From NCBI RefSeq assembly GCF_006345805.1, contig NC_043015.1, positions 22,134,001-22,198,000 of the forward strand: a stretch of DNA of 64,000 nt. Reading direction: 5' to 3'. This stretch comes from Octopus sinensis. Lineage: Eukaryota. The notes under the pieces were generated by a model. The model was not told the DNA's origin, searched no databases, and worked only from the letters and a program-made list of their open reading frames with translations. The position numbers and the translations under genes are program-made. Positions 52,859 to 64,000 of the stretch are shown piece by piece; position 1 is the stretch's first letter; each line of letters starts with the position of its first letter.

Positions 52859-53264
52859 TATACATATGTATATATATGATGTACAGTTATATGGTGTTAA
52901 TATGTTAACAAACCTACGCATATGATGGGTACGCCATTCATGCTCACTTCAATTTACAATATATCCTTCTTAGTCGCACCTGGTGTCCGTATTATCGTGG
53001 CAAAAATTAGCAGTTGCGAATTGTCAATTTATATTAGCCACTAATGATGTACTCTGGATAATATCAGCTGACATTGGCTTAGAAATACACGCACACACAT
53101 AAACACATAAACCTACACACACACACATTACATTGAGTATAATATACAGCATTCATTAAAGGCATCTGAAGTTTTGTGCATATTCTACAGTATATACATT
53201 GATTATTTTCATATGGTTCCGATATTTTCGAAGGTTTTCACATTTAATTGAATATAGGTGAAGT

Positions 53265-53430
53265 CTTGGCCGTTTGGTAAAGAAACTACATTTGCAGTCA
53301 CATGGATTCGGCTTTAGTCAAACAATGCGGTATCTTGGATAAGTGCCGTCTACTATAGTCCCGAAGAGACAAGATTTTATGAATGAATTAAGTAGGGGTA
53401 AAACTTGTGGACGTTCATCATATATATGTG
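53265..53430 (+). mobile_element. Old SINE family B copy
   Basis: cacatggattcggctttagtc..cttggataagtgccgtctactatagtcc. Confidence 0.55.
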
Positions 53431-53508
53431 TATATGTATAAATATATAAAGAGGATTATTAGAGATAACACTATTAGTGGCTGCAAGCTTAAAACCGTAC
53501 AGGCAAAA

Positions 53509-53548
<40 letters not shown>

Positions 53549-53904
53549 GAAATTATATAAAATATGGACACTAAGAAGCACAAGCTTAGCTAAAAATAGG
53601 AGTCAAAATCACTCCGAAGCCAAAATAATTGACACAAAATTTTTAAAAACATGGTTTAAAAAGTGATAAGCGTTGTGTCTTGTCTCTGCAAATTGCAAGA
53701 AGTAATGCCAGTTAACCTCGAATAAGGATTTCTAATTTAGCGCCAAAAGCACTTCTCATGACAATGCATATATTTCACTTGTGCTCGTTTGAGGGCCCTA
53801 GCCGCACTGAAAAACGAACTAGGTGATTAATTTATGACTATATATACAGCATTATTACTCAGAAGAGATAACAATTAGCGACTACAAGCTTAAGACTATA
53901 TAGG

Positions 53905-53939
<35 letters not shown>

Positions 53940-54740
53940 GAAGCACCACAATGTTCTTTATATATCTGGTTAATATTTTGCTTCTTAGTGCCCTTGTTAT
54001 ATATAATTCCAATATATATCTATGTATGTGTATAGGTATATATATATTTATCTGTGTTTGTCTCACGCCAGATTGCTTTAAAATTAATATTGATTTGTTT
54101 CCGTGCTCATACCATAGAGATTTGAAAAAATTGGCTAATTGAAGACGTCCCAGACTTAGCAAATAATTATTAGGTTCGATTTGCTGGACTAAACACTTCA
54201 TATCAAATTTCTTAAACTTCAAAAGCATTTTGTTTTTCGTGCATAATCAATTTTTCGAGTTTTAATTCTCGCTTACGAATTCTAATATTGATAAACCTTC
54301 GTTTACTTCTTCGAATTACGGAAGCAAATGCATTGGCGTTCATGTATGCAATACAGTCGACCGTTTTAGAACATGCGCACGTTCAAGTTCTATGAAAGAT
54401 GAAAACCGATTGCCGTAGGGAAATCAAAAACAAAATGCGATATATATCAGCCATGTTTATGAAAACGAGAGTACAATCGGAAGTCAATTCGATTTACAAT
54501 ACGTTGGAAACGAGAAAGCGATGCGGTGAGTAAAGCGTTGGTCTAATGATTGCAATTGAGACACTAAACACAATGTGTGTATATGTTAGGAATATGTATT
54601 TCACAACATTACAGGGTATGAAATATCCGGATCTGCTTCTACAGGGGTGATTGTGTATATGCAAAATGAACAGGAGAGCATGGAGTATTCATTTCTTTAC
54701 AAACAATCGCGTGTGCTTTACACACACACACACACACACA

Positions 54741-54782
<42 letters not shown>

Positions 54783-54819
54783 TTATATGCATAAAGAATA
54801 TGACTACGATTTTTGCGCA

Positions 54820-55140
54820 TATAGGAGCACTCCGGCGGTTACAACGAAGCGGGTCCTAGTTGATCTGATCAACGGAACAGCCTGCTCGCTAAATTAACGT
54901 GCTAGTGGCTGAGCACTCCACAGACATGAGTACCCTTAACGTAGTTCTATGAGAGATTCAGCGTGATACAGTGTGTGATAAGTAGTACCTTTGAAATACA
55001 GGTACTACTCATTTTTGTCAGCTGAGTGGACTGAAACAACCTCAAATAAAGCGTCTTGCTGAAGGACACAACGTTTCGCGGGGAATTGAACTCATGACCT
55101 TACGATCATGAGCCGAAAGCCCTAACCACAAAGCTACGCA
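54820..55140 (-). mobile_element. tRNA-derived SINE family C, near full length
   Basis: Reverse complement starts gcgtagctttgtggttagggctttcggctcatgatcgtaaggtcatgagttcaattccc. Confidence 0.85.
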
Positions 55141-55207
55141 TATAATCCTGCTTTTTCAAAACGTTTTATATTTTACATTGTTAGAATTAAATGAGTGTGA
55201 GTGTGTA

Positions 55208-55245
<38 letters not shown>

Positions 55246-55477
55246 TATGTGTATGGAGCGAGAGAGTCCGACAGACATCGAAAGAAAGTCAGTAAGAGAG
55301 AAATTGAGAAAGGTTCACGAGAAAGCGTTGACAGTGAAGTCAACTTTTGGGTTTAACAGTTTAACATCTCCGATGAGATTGAAGCTGTTAGTACGCTACT
55401 ACTTCAACGTCAATGTCCACCAAGAATATAATTCGCTATAAAGTGTTTAGTAAACAAAGAACATTAAAGCTTGAATG

Positions 55478-55766
55478 TGGCACTCCGTCGGTTGTGACGA
55501 CGTAGGTTCCAGTTGATTCGGTCAATGGAACAGCCTGTGACAAGGCTAGCACTTTGAAATACAGGTACAATAGAAACAGGAAGTAGGAGCGAGAAAGAAA
55601 TTGTGGTGAAAGGGTACAGTAGAGTTCGCCTTCCACTGCCGGATCCTCGGGGAGCTTTAGGTGTTTTCGCGAAATGAACACTCACAACGCCCGGTCTGGG
55701 AATATAAAACGCGATGCTACGATCGCGAGTCCGCTGCCCTAACCACTGGACCACTGCGCCTCCACT
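55478..55766 (-). mobile_element. tRNA-derived SINE (octopod OK/OR-like head)
   Basis: Minus: ggaggcgcagtggtccagtggttagggcagcggactcgcgatcgtag..ttcccagaccgggcg; 3' tail shared with family C. Confidence 0.85.
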
Positions 55767-55927
55767 GAGCGTGTATACGTTTACATATATGATATGCATG
55801 TGTGTATGTGTGTGCGTGCGCGTGTGAGTGAGTGTGAGGAGGGATGTATGCATATAAAATTGTGCATCCTACTTAAAGCAAATGCATAAGTTCGTTTAGT
55901 TGTGTTCTGATACAGTTTCTCTTACAG

Positions 55928-55966
55928 CTGCGCAGTGTTAAAAACAAACTGAAACAAAAACAGAAG
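55928..55966 (+). CDS. 39-nt coding microexon of an unidentified host gene (LRSVKNKLKQKQK, phase 0-0)
   Basis: Branch-like ctgat, acceptor tttctcttacAG, consensus donor AAG|gtaagt; only phase 0 is stop-free; unique, non-repetitive context. Confidence 0.7.
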
Positions 55967-56798
55967 GTAAGTATATCAGGTGTCGACTAAAGTCGTCTAG
56001 CACTTGTAATAGCATTGATAAAGGCAAATTTCTGACACTTTTACCTTCCGTTAGTAAAGAGTAGCTACTGTCAGTTGCATGAGACACTGTCTCCCTGCAG
56101 ACACTCGGTATCAATGTCTGCCATTTAGAAATTCAATTCATTCTCTTGAAATTTAGTCTCTACTTTATCAGTTATTCTTGTTCATTTCTTCAATATATAT
56201 TCTTTATCCATTTTCCACTCTCTTCTTTCTTCCCGTTTTAATCAGAGAATATATTGTCGAAATGCACCTTATTCACTCTATATAAGCTTTATGTAATTTT
56301 TTACTTTTATGAAATATAATTTTCAAATCCTATTCAATGGAACTCAAGACGTTTGCTATGAATGATGTTAACGCAATTTACGACACTCACATCTGTTAAC
56401 TCTTCAACATTTCTAGGCTTGAATATTAGTAAAATACAAGGGAGAATATTTTTCCGGAATATTCATGGCGGATTCCAAGTTATGGTACATTTCCTTTGTT
56501 CCTCATGCCACGCTGTTTGATGTCAAATGTAGATAACGGCGCCTAAAAATAAAGCAAATAGAAAGCAATTTCTTTATACCTGAAACTTGTATCAACATAG
56601 TATGTCATGTTTTGTAATTTTAAAGAATACATAGTTTAAATCTATATTCATTACATTGAGTATTTTTAATTTGAATAATGAAATATGAGGAGTGATCCTT
56701 CCTTTTAAAATCTGTAAACTATTCGTGTCACTTATAAATGTGGAAAAATGTGCTAACTACTTAATATGGGCAGTTAAAAGCAGACGAATATGGCCAAG

Positions 56799-56852
<54 letters not shown>

Positions 56853-57194
56853 TTTCTCTCTCTTCACGGGGAACTCAAGCATTTCAAGAAGACGGAGATG
56901 CAGCACCTCTTGGTTAGTAATATATATATCGACATCAAAATTGATAAAATGCAAACTTGATATACGTAATACTTGAACTCAGAATTATAGTCCAGGTACA
57001 AATATCGCATTACGTTCTATCTAGCGATTTAACGAGTCCTGTGCATGTGTGCTGAGTCTCGTATATACACAAATATACACATACAACTCCAAACAACTCA
57101 CTTATACAAACAAAATACATATGTCTACATAAGCACATACTTTTCTCTCTCATATACGTTTGCGTGTGTACATATAGGTATACATACGTGTTTA

Positions 57195-57303
<109 letters not shown>

Positions 57304-58383
57304 GTGTGAGCATAGCTTTTGTGTCTGGAATCGTTAATGTTTACAACCGGATAGAGAAAATCTTTGTTATGTTTTAACATCTTCAGTTATTTATCTATTG
57401 TAAACGGCTTCAGCATCGCTTCATTTCCTTTTACAACTTGGTTTATAAGAACATTTATCAGAATTGGTGTGGTTAACACTGATTTACGCCAACAAAATTT
57501 GAGTTGATAATGAAACCTGATGAGATTGTTTTGTTTCGAACAACTCTCGCTTTATATTTACTTGATACACATGGCGGTCATTTGTGAGTTTCCAAATGAT
57601 ATACGAGATGACTTTTTAGTGAGGAAGGTGTGAGGTATCGGTTGGCAACTTAAAACCTGATTTTCACAGTTGTCTTCCTGACGCTTTTGCCGACTAATCT
57701 CACTTTCGTTTGATATGAAATATTGACTTAACTTTTATGCGACCGAAAATCTCTGTATTTTACAATCAGTAACAATGTATATTATAAATATGTCACGTCC
57801 ATGCGTCTGTAATGGCTTTCAAGAGCTTAAAGTATTGTAAAGAATTCTTCCGCTTCTAGAGACCCAATCGTTGAATATATGATGCTCGATAAGACTCTGA
57901 AGAAATATTTTATTTCCGTTTGAGACAGACTTAACTTGTTTGTTTACTTTGGGTGTTATGATCGGTATCACAGATGCAATCATTTGAAGCTATAAGATTC
58001 AGCCATTTCTAAGATATATTTGCAAAGTCATTAAACTGAAATTAATTTCTCATCAGATATTACAACATCTTCAATCTCCGGACAGAGATATGTTTCTTGA
58101 GAGATCAGTGTTGGAAAGCTACGCGATAGCTGAAGTGTCTTAGAATATTTTTATAAGATGTCTTAAGAATACAACACATGGTGAGGGAATAGAAATTACA
58201 ACATCGCATTTATAAGCACGACCCTCTAACCTGGAGCCACGCACCTTCACACACACACACTCACACATACACACACACACACGCACACACACACACACAC
58301 ACACATACACAAACTCACGCACACACACACACACACACATACATACATAATACATGCACTCATGAATATCACATACGTAATGC

Positions 58384-58792
58384 GTGCTCTTGAAACGCCA
58401 GAACTTGCGTGCGGTTTTCCGTCTGCGGAAGATCTCTTTAAAATCGTATAGTGTTAAAAATCAAACTATGCTACAGAGCTGGGTAAATCGAAACCGCCCT
58501 GGATGTGAATGACTATGACTAATAACAGTATTTTACTGTATTTGGCTACTACCAATATCGAATACTCGCTTCACCTATGAAATGAAATCGTCATCGCTTG
58601 TCTAATATATAGGTATCTCGTATAACAACTGTTTGTTGCTTTGAAATTATGTTTTACAATCAGTAATTGTTAACCCCCAGAGCCGTTTCGGTTTCCCTAG
58701 CTCGGAAGAATACTGTGTTTTTTTAGCATTATGCATCTTCAAAGAGATCTTTCCTACAGGAAATATTGGCAGCTCTTGGCTTTTAACAGCAC
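58384..58792. mobile_element. Old fold-back / long-TIR MITE
   Basis: About 125-bp diverged inverted arms, e.g. ggaagatctcttt / aaagagatctttcc and gagctgggtaaatcgaaacc / gtttcggtttccctagctc. Confidence 0.55.
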
Positions 58793-58857
58793 AATATATT
58801 AAGGTGATAAAATCATAAGGTTTATATTATTAAGTTGTATATATATATATATATATA

Positions 58858-58906
<49 letters not shown>

Positions 58907-58946
58907 ATATATATTTAAAAAAAGGAGATGTCGAACACGAGTGGTG

Positions 58947-59231
58947 ATATATAAAAAGGAATGAAGAAAATGCTGACAAATAATTGAAGTAATTTAAGTA
59001 ATTTAATTAGGTGAAAGTTCTTTTTACCGGTTGCGCATTTGTTATGCTTATCAAAATATAAAAGAGAGATTAGAGTTCCTTTCTTATAGAATTTTTCCTG
59101 AACTCTAATCTCTCTTTTATATTTTGATAAGCATAACAAATGCGCAACCGGTAAAAAGAACTTTCACCTAATTAAATTACTTAAATTACTTCAATTATTT
59201 GTCAGCATTTTCTTCATTTCCTTTTATATAT
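58947..59231. repeat. 132-bp-arm near-perfect palindrome with 21-nt spacer
   Basis: 58947-59078 versus 59100-59231; identical except at the outer end; the right arm runs into (TA)n. Confidence 0.96.
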
Positions 59232-59234
59232 ATA

Positions 59235-59284
<50 letters not shown>

Positions 59285-59476
59285 TATACACGCATATACA
59301 TACATGCACATATATACATACATACATGCAAACAAACACCTATAATGCCCTGTTGTTGATGCTGAAATTCCAATGAAGGAGCCTTGCTGAGAAACCGATT
59401 CTTTCTCTATTGGCTAGAAATCTTGAAGTAAACTGAATAATGAGATAAATACACACACACACACGCACACACACAC

Positions 59477-59525
<49 letters not shown>

Positions 59526-59526
<1 letters not shown>

Positions 59527-59751
59527 GCGGCGAGCTGGCAGAAACGTTAGCACGCTGGGCGAAATGCGTAGCTGTATTTCGTCTGTCGTGACGTTCCGAG
59601 TTCAAATTCCGCCGAGGTCGACTTTGCCTTTCATCCTTTCGGGGTCGATAAATTAAGTACCAGTTACACACTGGGGTCGAAATAATCGACTTAATCCGTT
59701 CGTCTGTCCTTATTTGTCCCGTCTGTGTTTAGCCCCTTGTGGGCAGTAAAG

Positions 59752-59756
<5 letters not shown>
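59526..59756 (+). mobile_element. SINE family A, full-length young copy
   Basis: ggcggcgagctggcagaaacgttagc..gagttcaaattccgccgaggtcgactttgcctttcatcctttcggggtcgataaattaagtaccag; the central domain resembles the Meta-domain (from memory, unverified). Confidence 0.9.
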
Positions 59757-59787
<31 letters not shown>

Positions 59788-59793
59788 TAAACC

Positions 59794-59839
59794 AAATCTG
59801 CCCGACGAACGGGAACGCGAAACTCTGAGTAACATATTT
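59794..59839 (+). ncRNA. Hammerhead motif, family B, decayed
   Basis: ctgc CCGACGA a cgggaacg c GAAA CTCTGAG TA acat, then AATAAA. Confidence 0.5.
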
Positions 59840-60843
59840 TGTAATGTCTTTACAGCTTTTTAAATAAAGTATATATTTTGGGCAAAACTGGATATCACGT
59901 AGACAGAAGTGTACTTATGTTAACACTGTGAATTAATCGTAAATTCCCTCTAGTGTGATTTGAACAATCTCACACTAAATCCCTAAATTTTGAGATTTTT
60001 TGAGAATTAAGAATAAATATGATTTAAAAAATCATCTTACTTTGCTTACCTCAAATCAATACTATTTTCTCACTTTTCAAATAAATATAAAACCATATTG
60101 CTATCGACTGGTCCCAAAACCCTGATTTGAAACGATAGTTCCTTATGTCCATTTTATTGCCTCTTTCTTTCGATTCCCTTTCACGTAGCCCACTCATCTT
60201 AGATGATATTATTCTCATTATCAGAGGTTAATGAGTTGAATTCTTCCTGAACAAATTAAGTTTTCCTTTCTACTCTAAATGTATAAAATAATCTATTCCC
60301 TAAATTCCTAAAAATGTCACCCTAATTGACACTATAGTCATAATGTATTTCAAAGATTTACTGTCATGTAATCTAAGGTTATATAATCCCTTAAACAGAA
60401 TATTGTTTAAGAAGAATAGTTGAATCCCCAGTTCGCTTCACCTGGAGACATGAATAAAACGTTGAAGAAATCTGCGGAGGAATGTCAATTTTGAATGACT
60501 ATGCACTGTAATTAAATGCACGTAAATGCTATATAATAATTGAAACACCGTCGCATTTCAATTAAATGAGAATAACGCTTTATAAACAAAATTTGAAAAT
60601 GTATAAATCTCCATTCTACTTTAGGGTGTCTTAATCATATACTCTCTATGCTGTACTAAATCCGATGAAGTGAACTCCAGATTTACCTATCGAGTGAAGG
60701 AAGTCAGTTATGTCCCTGGTATTTCAAAATCGTTAGCCAGATACAGATTATATGAGAGTGTAAATAACGTATACCGGCCGGGTTTCAGATCCGTCTTACT
60801 CTACATTATGTATAAAAATGTATATATATACATACATACATAT

Positions 60844-60890
<47 letters not shown>

Positions 60891-61099
60891 CATTTATATA
60901 AATAAACAAGTGTTACGGAATTAGGTAAATAAGTTCCAAGCTACATATGTTTCATAGCAAGCGGAACCTAGCAGGCGGTAAGAATCCAGGTGTTGTGTAT
61001 ATCGACGGCTACTGATCAGGCCAAGGATGGAACGTATTAAGTCTATATCTTTCATACTCCTTTCCGTAACTCTTGTACTCTTATTCGCACACCTGGAAA

Positions 61100-61240
61100 C
61101 GCTGGTTGCCTATCTGTCGATATGTCCGCTCACTTTGCATTATACCAATACAAAGATCCAATCTCAGTACAAGAACGCCTAAACAAGGAAAACACGTTCA
61201 TACAAAAGTACGGCCCACACCTCAATATACAAATTTAAAC
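61100..61240 (+). pseudogene. PLE GIY-YIG C-terminal fragment
   Basis: FALYQYKDPISVQERLNKENTFIQKYGPHLN*. Confidence 0.55.
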
Positions 61241-61524
61241 ATTTAAAAAATTATACTAAGGAGCCAGCTGTCCCCCTTGCCACGTGTTGCTTCCCTTGGC
61301 TCATTCTCTAGACTTATTCTTCTTACTCTTCAAAAACCCAAAATGACGAGACCCCTCTACCACAAGGACTGTTTACTCAATGTCCCTTGAAATGCTAATT
61401 TAAATAGCGAAAACCGTTTGGATTTCACGACATCCGTATACTATGTATATAATTTTAAAAAGATATTAAACTATACGAAACGAAGGTATATCTCTTCCAC
61501 TTAATATTTTTTCCACATTCTCAA

Positions 61525-61562
<38 letters not shown>

Positions 61563-61669
61563 CATAAAGTTAATCCAAACATGAAAACACAAAGAGAAAA
61601 CACAACAACGCGAGGACGTGGAACAGATATAGTATCCTTGGACACTCAGGAAGGAAGGGAAGAAGGAGG

Positions 61670-61704
61670 GTTTAACGTTTCGGGTGGAGCTCTTCGTCAG
61701 AAAC
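61670..61704 (-). ncRNA. Minimal hammerhead, family C
   Basis: Minus: gttt CTGACGA a gagc tcc accc GAAA CG TT aaac. Confidence 0.65.
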
Positions 61705-62047
61705 ATTGGAAAAAGAAAGATCCAGAGAAGGGAAGAGGGAGGAAAAAAATCGCCAACGGTACACATGCGGTCAGACTTTGAATGGAATCTATATATATAC
61801 ATATATATATATATATATTGGCCTGCTCGCTTAGCCAGCGGGGTGGCGTCATTCGAGGCTAAAACAATGCGAACGCATTGTGACCAGCGATGTGTAACAG
61901 CATCTTATATATATATATATATATTATATATATATACATACATAAAGTTAATCCAAACATGAAAACACAAAGAGAAAACACAACAACGCGAGGACGTGGA
62001 ACAGATATAGTATCCTTGGACACTCAGGAAGGAAGGGAAGAAGGAGG

Positions 62048-62082
62048 GTTTAACGTTTCGGGTGGAGCTCTTCGTCAGAAAC
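62048..62082 (-). ncRNA. Minimal hammerhead, family C (duplicate)
   Basis: Identical to 61670-61704. Confidence 0.65.
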
Positions 62083-62168
62083 ATTGGAAAAAGAAAGATC
62101 CAGAGAAGGGAAGAGGGAGGAAAAAAATCGCCAACGGTACACATGCGGTCAGACTTTGAATAGGAATC

Positions 62169-62199
<31 letters not shown>

Positions 62200-62296
62200 T
62201 GGCCTGCTCGCTTAGCCAGCGGGGTGGCGTCATTCGAAGGCTAAAACAATGCGAACGCATTGTGACCAGCGATGTGTAACAGCATCTAATATAATA

Positions 62297-62329
<33 letters not shown>

Positions 62330-62342
62330 ATAATATATTATA

Positions 62343-62530
62343 TCATATACTATAAAAGGCAGATTTTCTTCTCTGTCTGACTGTTTGTTTTTAATACAAT
62401 ATAGAATTTCTTCAATTGGAATTTACCTATGATTTTTCGAAGTAGATTAGATTGGGTCATGGCATATAATTATTTTTCAATTTGACCCCTAATTAAGCAA
62501 AAATTCGAGAAAACTCAATATTTTACGATT
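62343..62530 (+). mobile_element. Possible non-autonomous Helitron 5' end
   Basis: A|TCATATACTATAAAAGGCAG followed by a (TCTG)-like microsatellite, typical of Helitron-derived non-autonomous elements. Confidence 0.4.
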
Positions 62531-62577
62531 TGCCTCTTTCATTTCAACTGCTTTACTCCTTCTATTACCACACTTTT

Positions 62578-62815
62578 CCTACTTTCTCTTTGCAAGTGTA
62601 CCTTAAACCACTACTCAAAAAAATACAGAGAGGAAACAGAGAAAAAAATAAATACATAACGATTTACTCCTCACACACACACACAGACACGCAAACATAT
62701 GCATCTACTTTCTCTTTGCAAACCACTCCTCAAAAAAAGAACAGAGGAAACAGAAACAAATAAATACATAACGATTTACTCCTCTCACACACACATAGAC
62801 ACGCAAACATATACA
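62578..62815. repeat. Diverged tandem duplication, units about 110-125 bp
   Basis: ctttctctttgca..aaatacataacgatttactcct..gacacgcaaacatat occurs twice. Confidence 0.85.
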
Positions 62816-63079
62816 TATATGACAGTCACAAACACAAACGTTTCAAACAACTACATATAAACACTCAAACACACACACACACACGTGTGTGTTTGTTATT
62901 AGTAAAAAAGGCGCCAAACACAATTCACTTTCTCATCCGAACACATTTGCAAACACACACCAACAATTCAATGACATATGGTGAGTAAATGCTATTGTTC
63001 TATATTTTATAAATTACCCATATTTACTTACCCATGCTTCATTCCCCTCTTGCCTACATAGGACATCCATTCTGTTTTA

Positions 63080-63370
63080 ACACAGCATGAAAGCTATTAT
63101 GGCCAAGATACAGCATACGTGTTCGTAAGACATAGAGCCGCTCACATTATGAGTTACACTATTACACCAATTGTACTGGGACTGTTGTCTACTTCCCGTT
63201 AGTTTTCAGTGTCGAGGAAACAAAAGTTTCTCGAGAAAGAACAAAAAAAAAGAACACTCCTAGATTTCACAAAGGACTTTCAGAAGCGATAGGAAGTAAG
63301 TTCAGTTGAAGAAAAGAGACGGATTTAAAGAAATCAGACGGTCGAATTGCTATGATAACTCAACCGAAAA
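63080..63370 (+). mobile_element. Possible mariner C-terminal relic
   Basis: RKQKFLEKEQKKRTLLDFTKDFQKR resembles the mariner GKKF..EE.K..L..F..KDF..R segment. Confidence 0.35.
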
Positions 63371-63665
63371 GGTAAATTGGTTTTTTCATTTACTTTCTGT
63401 CGCTAAGTTTTGGTAGTATTAATTTGCCAGCGTACTTCAGTTGTCAATTGTTGAAATAAATAAATTGTAAGCTAAGAAGGTGCGTGTGTGTGTGTGCGTG
63501 TGTGTGTGTGTATGTGTGTGTGTGTGAGTGTGTGAGTGTGTGTGTGTGTAGGAAGTGAAGGATAAAAATATGGCAAGTAGTGGACAGATGTACATATAAT
63601 CATACATCCATACATACATACATGTGTGTGTGTGTATGTGTATTAATATGTGTGTGTTATCTCTC

Positions 63666-64000
63666 TCTATATAAAGCTGAAGTTGTCTGTGTGCTGCAGG
63701 TTTGGTAGCCTTCAACTAACACTATCTCCTCCAAGACCCTGCGGCGCAAGTTGACCAAAATTAAGAGTATGATAAAAGAAAGGGTGCTCTTCCTTCCGTA
63801 GGAGATAAAATTCAAATCGGACCATGTTAACACCAAAAATTACTTACATCAACAAGGTCCTTTTTTCTATGAAAATCCCTATTTTTTACGATTTTTTCAC
63901 TGCTGTGTCGCCACTTTTCGGTGTATTTCAACCCAAAAAATGTTCACTTGAAGAGAATAACAAGCTACATAATGCAAAATTTTTACTTTTCAAAAATTCC
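63666..64000 (+). mobile_element. Probable non-autonomous Helitron 5' part (truncated by the window end)
   Basis: TCTATATAAAGCTGAAGTTGTCTGTGTG start, non-coding body. Confidence 0.5.

Larger units (their letters stand above)
61559..62290. repeat. 378-bp tandem duplication (family C tail, (TA)n and a second repeat fragment)
   Basis: Offset 378 bp; units differ by two 1-nt indels (atggaa/ataggaa, cgagg/cgaagg) and in the TA tract. Confidence 0.93.

Noticed and set aside
57510-57550. CTGATGA followed by a weak stem
   Set aside because: GAAC instead of GAAA and no stem I or III; likewise 58020-58040 has a stem II but no GAAA.
60050-60280. Minus-strand exon candidate with a GAG|gtaagc donor
   Set aside because: Stops in all frames; FKSGFWDQSIAIWF instead suggests a decayed R4-like RT motif.
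63210-63295. 86-nt AG..GTAAGT segment with one open frame
   Set aside because: Another frame resembles a mariner C-terminus, so a transposon relic is the simpler explanation.

Overview
AT-rich, repeat-dense eukaryotic DNA; no rRNA, bona fide tRNA or CRISPR array was seen. The tRNA-derived SINE families plus the heavy (TA)n/(CA)n/(GATA)n/(AAT)n/(AAG)n load point to an octopod cephalopod genome (inference). Almost all ORFs in the supplied track are microsatellite artefacts. The window looks like intron of a + strand gene: one well-supported 39-nt coding microexon (55928-55966, LRSVKNKLKQKQK) and one weak 27-nt candidate. The rest is mobile DNA: a full-length but frameshifted Tc1 element with TIRs, many Penelope-like element (PLE) pieces (GIY-YIG ORFs, decayed RT, pseudo-LTR tails), R4/Dong-like and Hero-like LINE fragments, several SINE families, MITEs, mariner and Helitron relics. 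Two patterns are not explained by the ORF track. (1) I found 14 minimal hammerhead-ribozyme (HHR) motifs by eye, in at least six sequence families, with palindromic stem III, covarying stem I, core variants and two versions carrying long (52 and 92 nt) loop II inserts. (2) There are at least seven local fold-back palindromes (arms 50-200 bp), most abutting (TA)n tracts, one breaking at a ribozyme cleavage triplet. All calls are by manual reading; no alignments or folding were run, and coordinates of decayed elements are approximate.
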